A stretch of DNA of 27,360 nt from Planctomycetaceae bacterium (GCA_046091125.1 JBJTBB010000259.1:1-27360), one strand, 5' to 3'. Counted from the first letter of the stretch, positions 1-9,517 are shown. Notes: generated by a model not told the origin, from the letters alone. Program-made: numbers and translations.

Positions 1-987
1 CCTGATGCTGGCGGAAAGGTCCGAGGCCTCATCGGGCAGTCCGGCACTTTCGAGAAAGGGCTCCTCGTGCTCGACGACTCCGGCGTCGAATCCAGCAGCC
101 TTCAAGTACCGATCGACCCTTTCGATCACCTCCCGCCGCGCACCTGATGGCGACTCGCCTGGAACGAACCGCCGTTCGACCTCCAAACCGACTCGATCCG
201 GCACGAGATTCACCCCTGTCCCTCCGCGAATGGTGCCCACGCTGAGGGTCGGCGGTCCGCAAGATCCCTGAGGCCGTGTCAGGAGATCGGTCGCCAGCGA
301 TTCGATCGCCAGAGCCACCCGCGCCGCCGGATAGATTGCGTTGCGTCCATTTTCAGGGAAGGCACTGTGGCAGGCACGACCGTTCACGCGGATCCGCCAA
401 CGAACGGCGCCCTTGTGGGTCGTGACGACATCCAGGGACGTCGGCTCGGCGACGATCGCGGAGCCGGGCCGCTCCGAGGCAATCGCTGGGAGGGCAGACT
501 CGCCCTGCGACGACCACAACGCTGCCAGCGCCTTCGCGCCCGAGAATCCGAACTCCTCGTTGACAGTGGCTGCGAACAGAATCGGTCGATGCGCCCCACC
601 CTCTCGCCGCAGCTTCTCCAGGGCTGCGAGCATCGCCGCCATGCCCCCCTTCACGTCACAGGCTCCACGTCCCTGCAATCGACCGTCCCGCACGAGAGGT
701 GTGAACGGGTCGATGGTCATTCCGTCGACCGGAACCGTGTCCTGGTGCGCGTCCCAGAGCATCAGTTGTCCACTGGGCCCCTGGGGCGGGTCAAGCCTCG
801 CAAGCACGTTGTCACGACCAGGACTCACTGCCTGCCGCGCGCAAGGAACGCCGATGGACGTCAATCGCTGGATGAGATGATCGGTGACGCGACCTTCGAG
901 ATACTCCGGCCCCGACACGTCACGGCCCATCGGATTGACGCTCGGCCTCCTCACGAGGTCGGCGAGGATCGCAACGTGGTCGACCAT
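1..987 (-). CDS. M20 family metallopeptidase / acetylornithine deacetylase-like (ArgE/DapE family), 3' end beyond the window edge
   Basis: Not in the ORF track because there is no stop inside the window. Manual minus-strand translation from ATG 987 gives MVDHVAILADLVRRPSVNP...DAHQDTVP...GRGACDVKGGMAAM...NEEFG...AEPT...HKG...GRACHSA...PTLSVGTIRGG. These are the HxD, GRGAxDxKG, EE and EPT motifs of M20A enzymes. GGAGGG lies about 10 nt upstream of the start. Confidence 0.85.
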   Translation of the reverse strand, partial: MVDHVAILADLVRRPSVNPMGRDVSGPEYLEGRVTDHLIQRLTSIGVPCARQAVSPGRDNVLARLDPPQGPSGQLMLWDAHQDTVPVDGMTIDPFTPLVRDGRLQGRGACDVKGGMAAMLAALEKLRREGGAHRPILFAATVNEEFGFSGAKALAALWSSQGESALPAIASERPGSAIVAEPTSLDVVTTHKGAVRWRIRVNGRACHSAFPENGRNAIYPAARVALAIESLATDLLTRPQGSCGPPTLSVGTIRGGTGVNLVPDRVGLEVERRFVPGESPSGARREVIERVDRYLKAAGFDAGVVEHEEPFLESAGLPDEASDLSASIR

Positions 988-1064
988 CTCGGGACATCCC
1001 TCCGTCTGCCGTCGAACGCGCTCCATGCGTCCGCGGCATCACGCCACGAGTCGACAAGCCTTTC

Positions 1065-3290
1065 TCATCGCCCGCCGGACGTTCGTCGCCCGCTTCCGTT
1101 CAACTCCCGCTCGAGAAACACGTAGCCGAGTGCCTCCATGAAGGCTCGCTGCCGGTTGTCCGCCGCACCGCCATGGCCTCCCTCGATGTTCTCGTAGGAC
1201 AGCACATTCGCCCCCGCCGCCAGGAGTTTGGCCGCCATCTTGCGGGCATGACCCGGATGGACACGGTCGTCGCGGGTGGATGTGGTGAGCAGGAGCGGCG
1301 GCAATCGTTCGGAAGCGGCGACTTTTCCGGATAGGTGCCGCTCGATCGCATGGTACGGGGAAAATCCGCGAATGAACGCCCATTGCGCCGGATCGTCCGG
1401 GTCGCCGTATTCCTCCATCCAGCTCGCACCGGCGAGGAGTCGATTGTAGCGGCGCATGTCAAGGAGCGGCACCTGACAGACGACCGCCCCGAACAGGTCG
1501 GGACGCATCGCCAGCATGTTGCCGACGAGCAGGCCGCCGTTGGAGCCGCCCTTGATGCCAAGCCGTGAGGGACTGGTCACCTTTCGTCGCACGAGATCCT
1601 CCGCGACGGCGATGAAGTCCTCGTAGGCACGCGGCCGATTCTCCCGCAACGCTGCCTGATGCCAACGCGGTCCGAACTCACCGCCTCCACGGATGTTGGC
1701 CACTACATACGCGCGACCCCGCTCCAACCAGGCGGCACCGACCAGCGGGTTGTAATCGGGTAGCAACGGAATCTCGAAGCCACCGTATCCGTAGAGCAGC
1801 GTCGGCGTGGAACCATCGGCCGGGAGGGATTCCCTGGAGACCTGGTAATACGGCACCCGGGTTCCATCCTTCGACACGGCCTCGTGCCGCGACACGACCA
1901 GTGACTCGGCGTTGAAGAAGGCGGGCGTCGACTTGAGCGGCTCTCCCGCGGCCATCGGATCGGTGACCAGCGAGAGTGTCGATGGCGAGAGCGGACTGGC
2001 CGTCACCAGGAAAAAATCGTCCGAGTCCAATTCATCGAGGGGCACGACCGAGGCCGTCCCTGTTTCCGGCACGCCCACGACCGCCTCCCGCCGCCACTGA
2101 CCACCCTCGAAACGGCAGCTGAAAACGCGGGTCCGGACGTTCTCGAGCGTCGCGATGAGGAGGCTTCCCCTGGTCGGAGCGAAGGCCTTGAGCGACGATC
2201 GTTCGGTCGGCTCGAACAGCGACTCGAAGCGGGCTTCACCGTCGAGAAAGCGATCGAAATCGGCCACCAGCAACGACCCCGCCTTCCAGGACCGTCCGCC
2301 GACCGACCAATCGCTCCGCAGTTCGAGAAACACCCACTGCCGGTGGACCAGGGCGGATGCATCGTCGGGCTTCGGCAGCTTGTGCAGTCGAGCGTTATGC
2401 CGTGCGAACAATTCGTTGGAGTAAAACGATCGCTGCCGCAGCACGAACTCCCGCTCGAAGCCCGGCGTGCGGTCGACGAATCCCATCACGCGCATGTCCT
2501 GCGGTTCACCCTCGTAGACCACGAGCGCGGAGGCCAGGGGGGTTCCCCGCCGCCACTCGCGCACGGACCTCGCGTAGCCGGAGTCCGTGAGCGATCCGGG
2601 GCCGAAGTCCGTGGCGACCAACAGTGTGTCGCGGTCCTTCCACGAAACCGTCGTCTTCGCCTCTGGAACGACGAAGCCTCCCTCGACGAATCGCTTCGAC
2701 ACCAGGTCGAATTCCCGAATGACCTCGGCGTCGGCTCCGCCGCGCGAGAACTGGACGAGACAGAGCCGATCATCGGGTTCGAGGACCGTTGCGCCGTGCC
2801 AGACCCAGTTTTCGTCTTCGTCGGTCGCGATGCGATCGAGGTCGAGTATGGTCTCCCATGGGGGCTCAGCGAGCCGATAGCCGTCGAGCGAGGTCCGCCG
2901 CCAAAGCCCCCTCGGGTGGGTCGCATCCCGCCAGAAGTTGACGAAGCTGCCGCCGAGGCGAGTGACGAGCGGGATGCGTGCCTTGGAATCGAGGATGCCC
3001 AGCAGTCGGGATTCGAGCGTCGCGAATTCTTCGCCGCGGGCGAGCGACTCGAGGCAGTCGGCATTCCGGCCCCTCACCCACTCCAGCGCGCGGTCCCCGT
3101 CGATCTCCTCCAGCCAGACAAATGGGTCCTCGGGATCGACGTCCCCTGATTGAATCGCTTGCATGAGGCCCATCCCAGGAAATAGTCCGACCAGAAAGAC
3201 GACCGCGCGGGCGGCATGCGCGCCGCGGGCCCCGTTGCATCGGCGGCCAGCCAATCCGACCATCGGCGGCCGATGTCCGACGCGTCTCAT
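1065..3290 (-). CDS. Prolyl oligopeptidase family serine peptidase (S9A), probable N-terminal export signal, 741 aa
   Basis: Catalytic motifs GGSNGG (Ser), RDDRV (Asp) and GGHGG (His), plus GYGGF, RGGGEFG and the N-terminal DPFxWLE. Start moved from the track's 3728 to ATG 3290, which overlaps the icd stop (ATGA). The upstream part of the track ORF is an alternate frame of icd. Confidence 0.92.
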   Translation of the reverse strand: MRRVGHRPPMVGLAGRRCNGARGAHAARAVVFLVGLFPGMGLMQAIQSGDVDPEDPFVWLEEIDGDRALEWVRGRNADCLESLARGEEFATLESRLLGILDSKARIPLVTRLGGSFVNFWRDATHPRGLWRRTSLDGYRLAEPPWETILDLDRIATDEDENWVWHGATVLEPDDRLCLVQFSRGGADAEVIREFDLVSKRFVEGGFVVPEAKTTVSWKDRDTLLVATDFGPGSLTDSGYARSVREWRRGTPLASALVVYEGEPQDMRVMGFVDRTPGFEREFVLRQRSFYSNELFARHNARLHKLPKPDDASALVHRQWVFLELRSDWSVGGRSWKAGSLLVADFDRFLDGEARFESLFEPTERSSLKAFAPTRGSLLIATLENVRTRVFSCRFEGGQWRREAVVGVPETGTASVVPLDELDSDDFFLVTASPLSPSTLSLVTDPMAAGEPLKSTPAFFNAESLVVSRHEAVSKDGTRVPYYQVSRESLPADGSTPTLLYGYGGFEIPLLPDYNPLVGAAWLERGRAYVVANIRGGGEFGPRWHQAALRENRPRAYEDFIAVAEDLVRRKVTSPSRLGIKGGSNGGLLVGNMLAMRPDLFGAVVCQVPLLDMRRYNRLLAGASWMEEYGDPDDPAQWAFIRGFSPYHAIERHLSGKVAASERLPPLLLTTSTRDDRVHPGHARKMAAKLLAAGANVLSYENIEGGHGGAADNRQRAFMEALGYVFLERELNGSGRRTSGGR

Positions 3291-4507
3291 GTCGCAAGCG
3301 CCGCGCGAAGCCCGTCGTCGATCACGGCCAGGAAGTCCTCCGTGTTGAGGAAGGGCTGATCCTTTCCGATGAGGACGGCCAGGTCCTTGCTCATCTTTCC
3401 CTTCTCGACCGTCTCGACGCAGACCCGCTCGAGTGTCTCGGCGAATCGTATGACATCCGGTGTGGCGTCGAGCTTGCCGCGATGCGCAAGCCCCCTCGTC
3501 CACGCGAAGATCGACGCGATCGGATTCGTGCTCGTCGGCTTTCCCTGCTGGTGCTGACGGTAGTGTCGCGTCACCGTGCCATGGGCCGCCTCGGCTTCCA
3601 CGATCCTGCCGTCGGGTGTCATGAGCACGCTCGTCATCAGGCCGAGGGATCCGAATCCTTGGGCGACGATGTCGCTCTGCACGTCGCCGTCGTAGTTCTT
3701 GCAGGCCCAGACATAGCCACCTTCCCACTTGAGGGCGCTGGCGACCATGTCGTCGATAAGCCTGTGTTCGTAGGTCAGCCCCTTCGCGTCGAACTCGGAT
3801 TTGAATTCCGCGTCGAATATCTCCCGGAAGATGTCCTTGAACCTTCCGTCGTAGGCCTTCAGGATCGTGTTCTTCGTGGAGAGGTACACCGGATACGTTC
3901 TCGCCAGTCCGTAGCGGAAAGTGGCGCGAGCGAAGTCACGGATCGAATCGTCGAGGTTGTACATCGCCAAGGCCACGCCCGGTCCGGGGAACTCGAAGAT
4001 CTTGAATTCCATCGGCTTCGAGCCGTCGGCCGGTGTGAAGGTCAGCGTGAGCGTTCCCTTGCCAGGAATCCGCGTGTCGGTCGCACGATACTGGTCCCCG
4101 AAGGCGTGCCGTCCGACCACGATCGGCTTCGTCCAGCCGGGCACGAGCCGAGGACTGTTCCGGATGATGATCGGCTCGCGAAAGATCACGCCGCCGAGAA
4201 TGTTGCGGATGGTCCCGTTGGGGCTCTTCCACATCTGCTTGAGGCCGAACTCCTTGACCCGAGCCTCATCAGGAGTGATCGTCGCACACTTGACACCCAC
4301 GCCGCAGGCCGCGATGGCCTCCGCGGCATCGATCGTGACCTGATCGCCGGTGGCATCCCGATTCGTGATCGACAGGTCGAACGTGTGAAGGTCGAGGTCG
4401 AGGTAGGGCAGGATCAACGTCCGCTTGATGAAGTCCCAGATGATCCTGGTCATCTCGTCACCGTCGAGTTCAACGACGGGGCCCCGCACCGAGATCCTGC
4501 TTGCCAT
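3287..4507 (-). CDS. icd: NADP-dependent isocitrate dehydrogenase (homodimeric, IDH1/IDH2-like subfamily)
   Basis: [73 protein letters not shown] Shine-Dalgarno 5 nt before the ATG. Confidence 0.97.
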   Translation of the reverse strand: MASRISVRGPVVELDGDEMTRIIWDFIKRTLILPYLDLDLHTFDLSITNRDATGDQVTIDAAEAIAACGVGVKCATITPDEARVKEFGLKQMWKSPNGTIRNILGGVIFREPIIIRNSPRLVPGWTKPIVVGRHAFGDQYRATDTRIPGKGTLTLTFTPADGSKPMEFKIFEFPGPGVALAMYNLDDSIRDFARATFRYGLARTYPVYLSTKNTILKAYDGRFKDIFREIFDAEFKSEFDAKGLTYEHRLIDDMVASALKWEGGYVWACKNYDGDVQSDIVAQGFGSLGLMTSVLMTPDGRIVEAEAAHGTVTRHYRQHQQGKPTSTNPIASIFAWTRGLAHRGKLDATPDVIRFAETLERVCVETVEKGKMSKDLAVLIGKDQPFLNTEDFLAVIDDGLRAALAT

Positions 4508-4562
4508 GGTGTCCTATCGCGTGATGCCGCGTGAGAGTTCGGTAAAGGGATCCAGAACGGTG

Positions 4563-4591
4563 AAGCTAACTGGTCAGGGCAACCGGGGCAA
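4563..4591 (-). promoter_or_regulatory. Putative sigma70-type promoter for icd
   Basis: Minus strand reads TTGCCC-N17-TAGCTT about 55 nt upstream of the icd ATG. Spacing is canonical but the hexamers match consensus only partly. Confidence 0.4.
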
Positions 4592-4644
4592 TCGGCCACG
4601 CCGCTCCCGAGACACATCATGGTATGTCCCGAAGTCGTCGATAG

Positions 4645-5427
4645 ATGAGGCAAGGGGTTCTTGCCATCCGATCGATCCGACTGATCATCTGCGAGCCATG
4701 CAGGCTGGTCTACCGGCCGCTGCCCAAGTGCGCATCGACCACGATGTATGGTCTTCTCGCACGGCTGGGGGGGGACGCTGGTCGCCCCGGAGACAATCCT
4801 CGCCGGGTCCTGCCGCTGGTCCGCGGACCGACCGAACCAGGCCGTGGCGGAACCTACGAGGTGATCTGGCCGAGCGAGGACACCGAGGCGCTTCTGCAAA
4901 GGTACGGCGACTACACGACCTTTTCCGTCGTCCGCGATCCATTCGACCGCGTCGCCTCCAATTACCACAACAAGCTGAACCGGTTCGCCCGCCGTTTTCA
5001 GATGGCGACCTACTACGGCGGTTATTTTGGCCCGCTGCTCGAGGGTGTGTCTCCGCTGGAGCCACTCAGGCGCATCCGCTGGATGCAGCGCAGCATCCCG
5101 TTCGACCGGTTCGTCGACGTTCTCGACTCTCGCGGCATCGAATGGGACATCCACTTCGACCTGCAGGTGCGACTGCTGGGAACAGGCGCGATCCATTACG
5201 ACCATCTGATTCCCATGGAGTCGCTTGCAACGGGGCTGAAAACACTCCTTGATGACCGCGACCTCGCCCGGTCGGGCGTGCGGCTCTTGGACGACCTCGG
5301 GAGGCTCAACGCCTCCTTCGTCCGCACCGCATCGTCCCTCTGGTCAGAGACGACCCGTGCCACCGTCGCGAAGCTCTACGCGGTCGACTTCGAGCAACTC
5401 GGCTACGCGGCGAGGCTCGCCGCCTGA
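4645..5427 (+). CDS. Sulfotransferase family 2 protein (PAPS-dependent carbohydrate sulfotransferase-like)
   Basis: 5'-PSB loop PKCASTT, 3'-PB motif FSVVRDPFDRVASNY, HFDLQ and YDHLIPMESL segments, C-terminal LYAVDFEQLGY. Confidence 0.85.
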   Translation: MRQGVLAIRSIRLIICEPCRLVYRPLPKCASTTMYGLLARLGGDAGRPGDNPRRVLPLVRGPTEPGRGGTYEVIWPSEDTEALLQRYGDYTTFSVVRDPFDRVASNYHNKLNRFARRFQMATYYGGYFGPLLEGVSPLEPLRRIRWMQRSIPFDRFVDVLDSRGIEWDIHFDLQVRLLGTGAIHYDHLIPMESLATGLKTLLDDRDLARSGVRLLDDLGRLNASFVRTASSLWSETTRATVAKLYAVDFEQLGYAARLAA

Positions 5428-5485
5428 GACGCGGTCATCCACTGCCGGACACCCGCATTCCATCCGGATCCACTCGGACCAACCC

Positions 5486-6307
5486 ATGCGATTCGAAAGG
5501 CGGATCGAGAAACTGCGACGGCTTGCACGCTGGCGGTTCACTCATCGGGGCGTGCCGCTGTGGTGGCATGTGGGCCGCCCCAATTTTGGCGACGACATCA
5601 ATCCCAACTTTTTTCAGGCGATCACGGGTGTCTCCCAGCGGTTCGCGGCTGACCGACGCAAGCCCCACCTGCTTGGTGCCGGGAGCATTCTGGAGAAGGC
5701 CTCTGCGATGTCGGTCGTTTGTGGATCGGGCTTCCTCTCTCCACCGCCTCACGAGGCAGCGCGTCCGCTGGAGGTGGTCGCGGTCCGCGGCGTTCGTTCG
5801 CTCGATGCCCTCGGCGCAAGCGAGTCGACGTTTCTCGGTGACCCGCTCGTGCTCGTGGACGGCTTCGTCGAACCCTCGGCAAAGCTGTATCGGGTCGGAC
5901 TCGTACCACATGTGCGCAGCGTCTCTCGGTGGCGGACGCACAACCGACAGCGTCACCTTCTGATCGACCCGGGCGATGATCCATGGGCCGTCGTGACGGC
6001 CATCGCTTCCTGTGAAGCCGTGATCAGTCAGTCGCTCCACGGGCTGATCGTCGCCGACGCTCTGGGTGTGCACAACGTCTGGGTCGCGCCGTCGGGCGAC
6101 ATGGTCGGCGGCCGCTTCAAGTTCGACGATTACTTTTCCACGATCGACGCGCCCAAGGAGTGCGTTCCCGAAACGCGAGAGATCTTCGACCGTCCGCTGA
6201 CGTTCGAGGCATCCATCGGCATCTATCGGTACTGCAAGCAGTCGTATTGTCGCCTGATCGAGGCGGCATGCAGTCGCTTGACGGAACCTGCATCCCGGGC
6301 AGCCTGA
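5486..6307 (+). CDS. Polysaccharide pyruvyl transferase family protein (ExoV-like), 273 aa
   Basis: PNFGDDIN, GAGSIL, AVRG, FLGDP, GLVPH, SQSLHGLIVADALGV, FKFDDYF. Start set at ATG 5486 (MRFERR). The track's upstream extension overlaps the sulfotransferase in another frame. Confidence 0.85.
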   Translation: MRFERRIEKLRRLARWRFTHRGVPLWWHVGRPNFGDDINPNFFQAITGVSQRFAADRRKPHLLGAGSILEKASAMSVVCGSGFLSPPPHEAARPLEVVAVRGVRSLDALGASESTFLGDPLVLVDGFVEPSAKLYRVGLVPHVRSVSRWRTHNRQRHLLIDPGDDPWAVVTAIASCEAVISQSLHGLIVADALGVHNVWVAPSGDMVGGRFKFDDYFSTIDAPKECVPETREIFDRPLTFEASIGIYRYCKQSYCRLIEAACSRLTEPASRAA

Positions 6308-6343
6308 CCGACGACCGTGCCGGCAGGCGGACGATCGAATGGC

Positions 6344-7672
6344 TCAACGTCCCTCGATCGCCCGCAGCGACTGCTCCCCTCGTATGAAGACCCTGCCCCC
6401 GGCCACGGCTGGTGTCGCGCGCGAGGGCTGGCCCAGCGGTGATCGGCCGAGCACCTCGAACGCTTGGCCATCGGCCAGCGTCACGATCTCCCCCTCGGCG
6501 GACACGTTGAGGATCATTCCGTCGAGAAGGATCGGCGAGGCCGAAAAGTTGCCCCCCACGCGACCCTTCCAGCGTTCGGCTCCCGTGGTCATGTCGACGC
6601 AGGTCACCACGCCGCGATCGCCCCAGAGAATCACGCCACAGCCAGCCACGAGCGGCGTGGGGACATAGGGGCTCGCACTGCGGTCGACCTGCCAGGCGAT
6701 CTCCGGCTCCGCGGGCTTTCCAGCTCCCTCACCCGCGTCGTCCGCCAGGGGGAATCGGACCGCGACGAGCATGTTGTCACCACCGCCTTCGCCGCACGAT
6801 CCGAGGACCAGGTGCATCGCTCCGGTCGAGACGGCGATCGGGGATGACACCGTCCGCTTGGTGAAGCACCTTCTCTCCCAGAGCACACGGCCATCGCGCG
6901 GATCGAGCCCCGTCAGTCCATGGGACATGCTCGCCAAAACGACCGCAGGCCCCCGCCCGGGCGTCTCGAGCACCAGCGGCGTGGAGTAGGCGGTGCGAGC
7001 CGTATCCCTCGGCAGTCGCCATCGCTCGGATCCATCCGCCGTGGACAGACCGACCACGAAACTCGCGGCGTCACTGTCGCCGGGAACGATGAGGACATCC
7101 CTCCAGACCGCGGGCGAGGCACCGAAGCCGTGCTCTCCGGCGAATGGCCCAACCTCCCGCGTCCACAGGGGGCGTCCGTCGTGGGCGACGGCTTCGGCCA
7201 GCACCTTTCCATCGATGTGCCGAAGCCAGTAAACCCCCATGGCGTCGGCGGCCGGCGTGCTCGTGGCCAGACTGTTCTGCTTGTGCAACGCGTCGAGGGA
7301 ACCAGGATACGACCGTTCCCAAAGTCGTTTTCCATCGGTGGCCGAGAAACAGGTCAGTCGCTTCGATCCGTCTTCCGGCAGGGCCGACACGACGAACACC
7401 CGATCCCCCCACACGATCGGCGAAGCGTTGCCCGTCCCAGGGAGTGTCGCGGTCCAAGCCCATGCGGCCTCATCCCACTGGGGAGGTAGCCGTACGCCCG
7501 AACCTCGACCGGTGGCTTCAGGTCCTCGCATCCGCGGCCAGTTGTCCGGACCGTTTTCGGGAGCGGCGTGGCCGACCGAGACCAAAGCCGGCCAAAGCAC
7601 GGCCCCAACCAGAAACACCGTCAAGTCGAACCCCCGGGGTTCCGTTCTTCGTCGTGGCAGGAGATGTTTCAT
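6344..7672 (-). CDS. Exported PQQ-binding-like beta-propeller repeat protein (BamB/PQQ_2-like)
   Basis: Signal-peptide-like N-terminus (VFLVGAVLWPALVSVGHA), then NWPRMRGP, ASPIVWGDRVF, repeated G(K/R/S)xxW blade motifs, ASP/SSP/ATP blade starts and a terminal ATPAVAGGRVFIRG. Start taken at ATG 7672; ATG 7687 and TTG 7699 are alternatives. Confidence 0.85.
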   Translation of the reverse strand: MKHLLPRRRTEPRGFDLTVFLVGAVLWPALVSVGHAAPENGPDNWPRMRGPEATGRGSGVRLPPQWDEAAWAWTATLPGTGNASPIVWGDRVFVVSALPEDGSKRLTCFSATDGKRLWERSYPGSLDALHKQNSLATSTPAADAMGVYWLRHIDGKVLAEAVAHDGRPLWTREVGPFAGEHGFGASPAVWRDVLIVPGDSDAASFVVGLSTADGSERWRLPRDTARTAYSTPLVLETPGRGPAVVLASMSHGLTGLDPRDGRVLWERRCFTKRTVSSPIAVSTGAMHLVLGSCGEGGGDNMLVAVRFPLADDAGEGAGKPAEPEIAWQVDRSASPYVPTPLVAGCGVILWGDRGVVTCVDMTTGAERWKGRVGGNFSASPILLDGMILNVSAEGEIVTLADGQAFEVLGRSPLGQPSRATPAVAGGRVFIRGEQSLRAIEGR

Positions 7673-7719
7673 CGGTGTGATTGGCATTCCTGGAAACAAG
7701 CAAGGTTTTACACGCTTTT

Positions 7720-7748
7720 GGGCCCCAACGACTGACCCGTCGGGGCCC
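7720..7748. other. GC-rich inverted repeat in the divergent intergenic region
   Basis: GGGCCCCAACG-actgacc-CGTCGGGGCCC: 11-bp arms with one mismatch that becomes a G.U pair on the minus strand. No U-tract downstream on either strand. Confidence 0.5.
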
Positions 7749-7761
7749 GGTTGGACGCAAC

Positions 7762-7790
7762 TCGCCAGGGCAGGCCCGCGACGGTATAAC
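7762..7790 (+). promoter_or_regulatory. Putative sigma70 promoter of the nuo operon
   Basis: TCGCCA (7762-7767)-N17-TATAAC (7785-7790), ending 68 nt upstream of the nuoA ATG. Confidence 0.55.
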
Positions 7791-7798
7791 GTGTTCTG

Positions 7799-7822
7799 AC
7801 TTCGTGCGAAATTTCACGAAGT
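7799..7822. promoter_or_regulatory. Palindromic operator-like site (Rex/CRP-FNR-type spacing)
   Basis: ACTTCGTG-CGAAATTT-CACGAAGT: perfect 8-bp arms around an 8-nt AT-rich spacer, directly downstream of the predicted -10. Confidence 0.55.
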
Positions 7823-7858
7823 GCCAAAACCTGGCCCAAAATCGCTTTCAGAGCCCGA

Positions 7859-8254
7859 ATGGACGCCATCCTTCCGGTCTTGCTGTTTGTGGCCGTAGCA
7901 GCCGCCGTGTCTGTCGGTCTCGTCTTCGTCGCGGAGCGTCTCGGACCGCGACGGGTCACGCCCGTCAAGGCGATGCCCTACGAGAGCGGCATGGACCCAG
8001 TGCACGACACCCGCCGCCGTTTTGATGTGCGGTTCCACCTCGTGGCCCTGACCTTTCTCGTGTTCGACGTGGAACTGTTGTTTCTCTACCCGTGGGCCGT
8101 CGCAAGCCGCTCCCCGGACGGTGTCGATGCGTCCGTGGCAACTGGCATCGTGTCGTGCCGGGGGCTGGTGTTCGCAGGTGCGATGGTGTTCATCGGCCTG
8201 GTCGTGGTGGGATTCGCCTACGACTGGAAGAAGGGGGTGTTTCGATGGCGGTGA
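7859..8254 (+). CDS. nuoA: NADH-quinone oxidoreductase subunit A
   Basis: [31 protein letters not shown], terminal WKKGVFRW. First gene of an ordered nuo cluster. Confidence 0.95.
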   Translation: MDAILPVLLFVAVAAAVSVGLVFVAERLGPRRVTPVKAMPYESGMDPVHDTRRRFDVRFHLVALTFLVFDVELLFLYPWAVASRSPDGVDASVATGIVSCRGLVFAGAMVFIGLVVVGFAYDWKKGVFRWR

Positions 8255-8907
8255 ATCCTTCACCCGCGGCCCACCTTCCGGAGAATGTCGTCGTCAGCAG
8301 GCTCGACGAATTGGCCAACTGGTGCCGGAAAAACAGTCTCTGGCCGATGCCGTTCGCGACGGCCTGCTGCGGGATCGAACTCATGGCGACGGGCGCGAGC
8401 AAGCACGATCTCGCCCGATTCGGTGCCGAGGTCTTCCGCTTCAGTCCGCGGCAATGCGATCTGATGATCGTTGCCGGTCGTGTCGTCATGAAAATGCTGC
8501 CGGTTCTCCAACGGATCTGGCTGCAGATGAGCGAGCCGAAATGGTGCATCTCAATGGGAGCATGCGCGAGCACTGGAGGGGTCTTTGACACGTATGCGGT
8601 CGTGCAGGGCATCGACCGCTTCATCCCGGTCGACATGTACGTGCCTGGCTGTCCGCCACGCCCGGAACAGTTGATCCAGGCGATCATCGACCTCCAGGAC
8701 AAGATCCAGCGTGAGGGCACGATCACCGGACGTGAGTTCGACACGGCCGGTCGCCAGGCCCGCAAACGGGCGCTCGTCGAGATCGATGCCCCGCTCACCC
8801 TCGACGCTTCCAGGAATCCTCTGCTCCAGCGTCAACTCAGCCAGCGGGCCTCGGATCCATGCCATTCCACACAATCCGCGCCCGATCGGTCTGCCCGATC
8901 GGTCTGA
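8245..8907 (+). CDS. nuoB: NADH-quinone oxidoreductase subunit B
   Basis: [15 protein letters not shown] (N2 tandem Cys), [31 protein letters not shown]. Start ATG 8245 overlaps the end of nuoA. Confidence 0.96.
   Translation: MAVNPSPAAHLPENVVVSRLDELANWCRKNSLWPMPFATACCGIELMATGASKHDLARFGAEVFRFSPRQCDLMIVAGRVVMKMLPVLQRIWLQMSEPKWCISMGACASTGGVFDTYAVVQGIDRFIPVDMYVPGCPPRPEQLIQAIIDLQDKIQREGTITGREFDTAGRQARKRALVEIDAPLTLDASRNPLLQRQLSQRASDPCHSTQSAPDRSARSV
8880..8905 (+). repeat. Perfect 13-bp tandem duplication (GCCCGATCGGTCT x2) at the 3' end of nuoB
   Basis: Read directly: copies at 8880-8892 and 8893-8905. The last base of copy 2 begins the nuoB TGA. Confidence 0.9.
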
Positions 8908-8944
8908 CGCCGCCAACCCGCACGTGAACGGTTTGCCCACGATC

Positions 8945-9517
8945 ATGCCCGAGCGCGACACAGCCCACCCCAACGAGCAACACTTTGAGGACGACTCCCG
9001 CCTCGCATCGATTCTCGACGCGCTCGATGGGGTCTGCCCGGAAATCGGTCGGTCCGTCTTTCGCGGTCAGGTGAGGATCGTGGTGCCGGTCGAGCGTTCG
9101 TTCGACGTGTGCTCGCGACTTGCCTCGGCGGGCTTCGACCTTCTCGTGGACGTCAGTTGCGTCGACTACCTCGACTACCGAAACGCGAAGCGTCGATTCG
9201 GCCTGGTCTACCTGCTCGCCTCCACTCGCGACGCTCTCAGGCTCACGGTCCGGGTGTTCGTGGACGAACCGGTCGATAGCGATCCGTCCGGATGCACATC
9301 GCCCACCGTGCCGAGTGTGGTGCCGATCTGGGAGGCCGCCGACTGGCTGGAGAGGGAGGTCTGGGACCTCTTCGGCATTCGCTTCGAAGGCCATCCGGAT
9401 CTGCGGCGGCTCGTGATGCCCGAGGAGTTTTCGGGGCACCCGCTCCGCAAGGACTATCCCCTGCAGGGCCGTGGTGAGCGACATAACTTTCCGGTGATCA
9501 CCCGGGAGAACAGTTGA
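8945..9517 (+). CDS. nuoC: NADH-quinone oxidoreductase subunit C (separate from NuoD)
   Basis: [58 protein letters not shown]. Start uncertain (ATG 8945 or GTG 8924). Confidence 0.94.
   Translation: MPERDTAHPNEQHFEDDSRLASILDALDGVCPEIGRSVFRGQVRIVVPVERSFDVCSRLASAGFDLLVDVSCVDYLDYRNAKRRFGLVYLLASTRDALRLTVRVFVDEPVDSDPSGCTSPTVPSVVPIWEAADWLEREVWDLFGIRFEGHPDLRRLVMPEEFSGHPLRKDYPLQGRGERHNFPVITRENS

Noticed and set aside
1039-1068. 9-aa [12 protein letters not shown] overlapping the peptidase stop
   Set aside because: Too short, does not connect to the M20 start, and is expected by chance.
3291-3728. N-terminal 146 aa of the 887-aa track ORF
   Set aside because: Alternate frame within icd with Arg-rich, non-protein-like composition. 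The ATGA-coupled start at 3290 explains the peptidase.
3482-4534. 350-aa plus-strand ORF
   Set aside because: Antisense shadow of icd, typical of high-GC DNA, with no motifs.
6344-7672. Calling the beta-propeller a PQQ-dependent dehydrogenase or true BamB
   Set aside because: Only the repeat scaffold is recognisable. I saw no catalytic quinoprotein motifs, no lipobox and no bam context.
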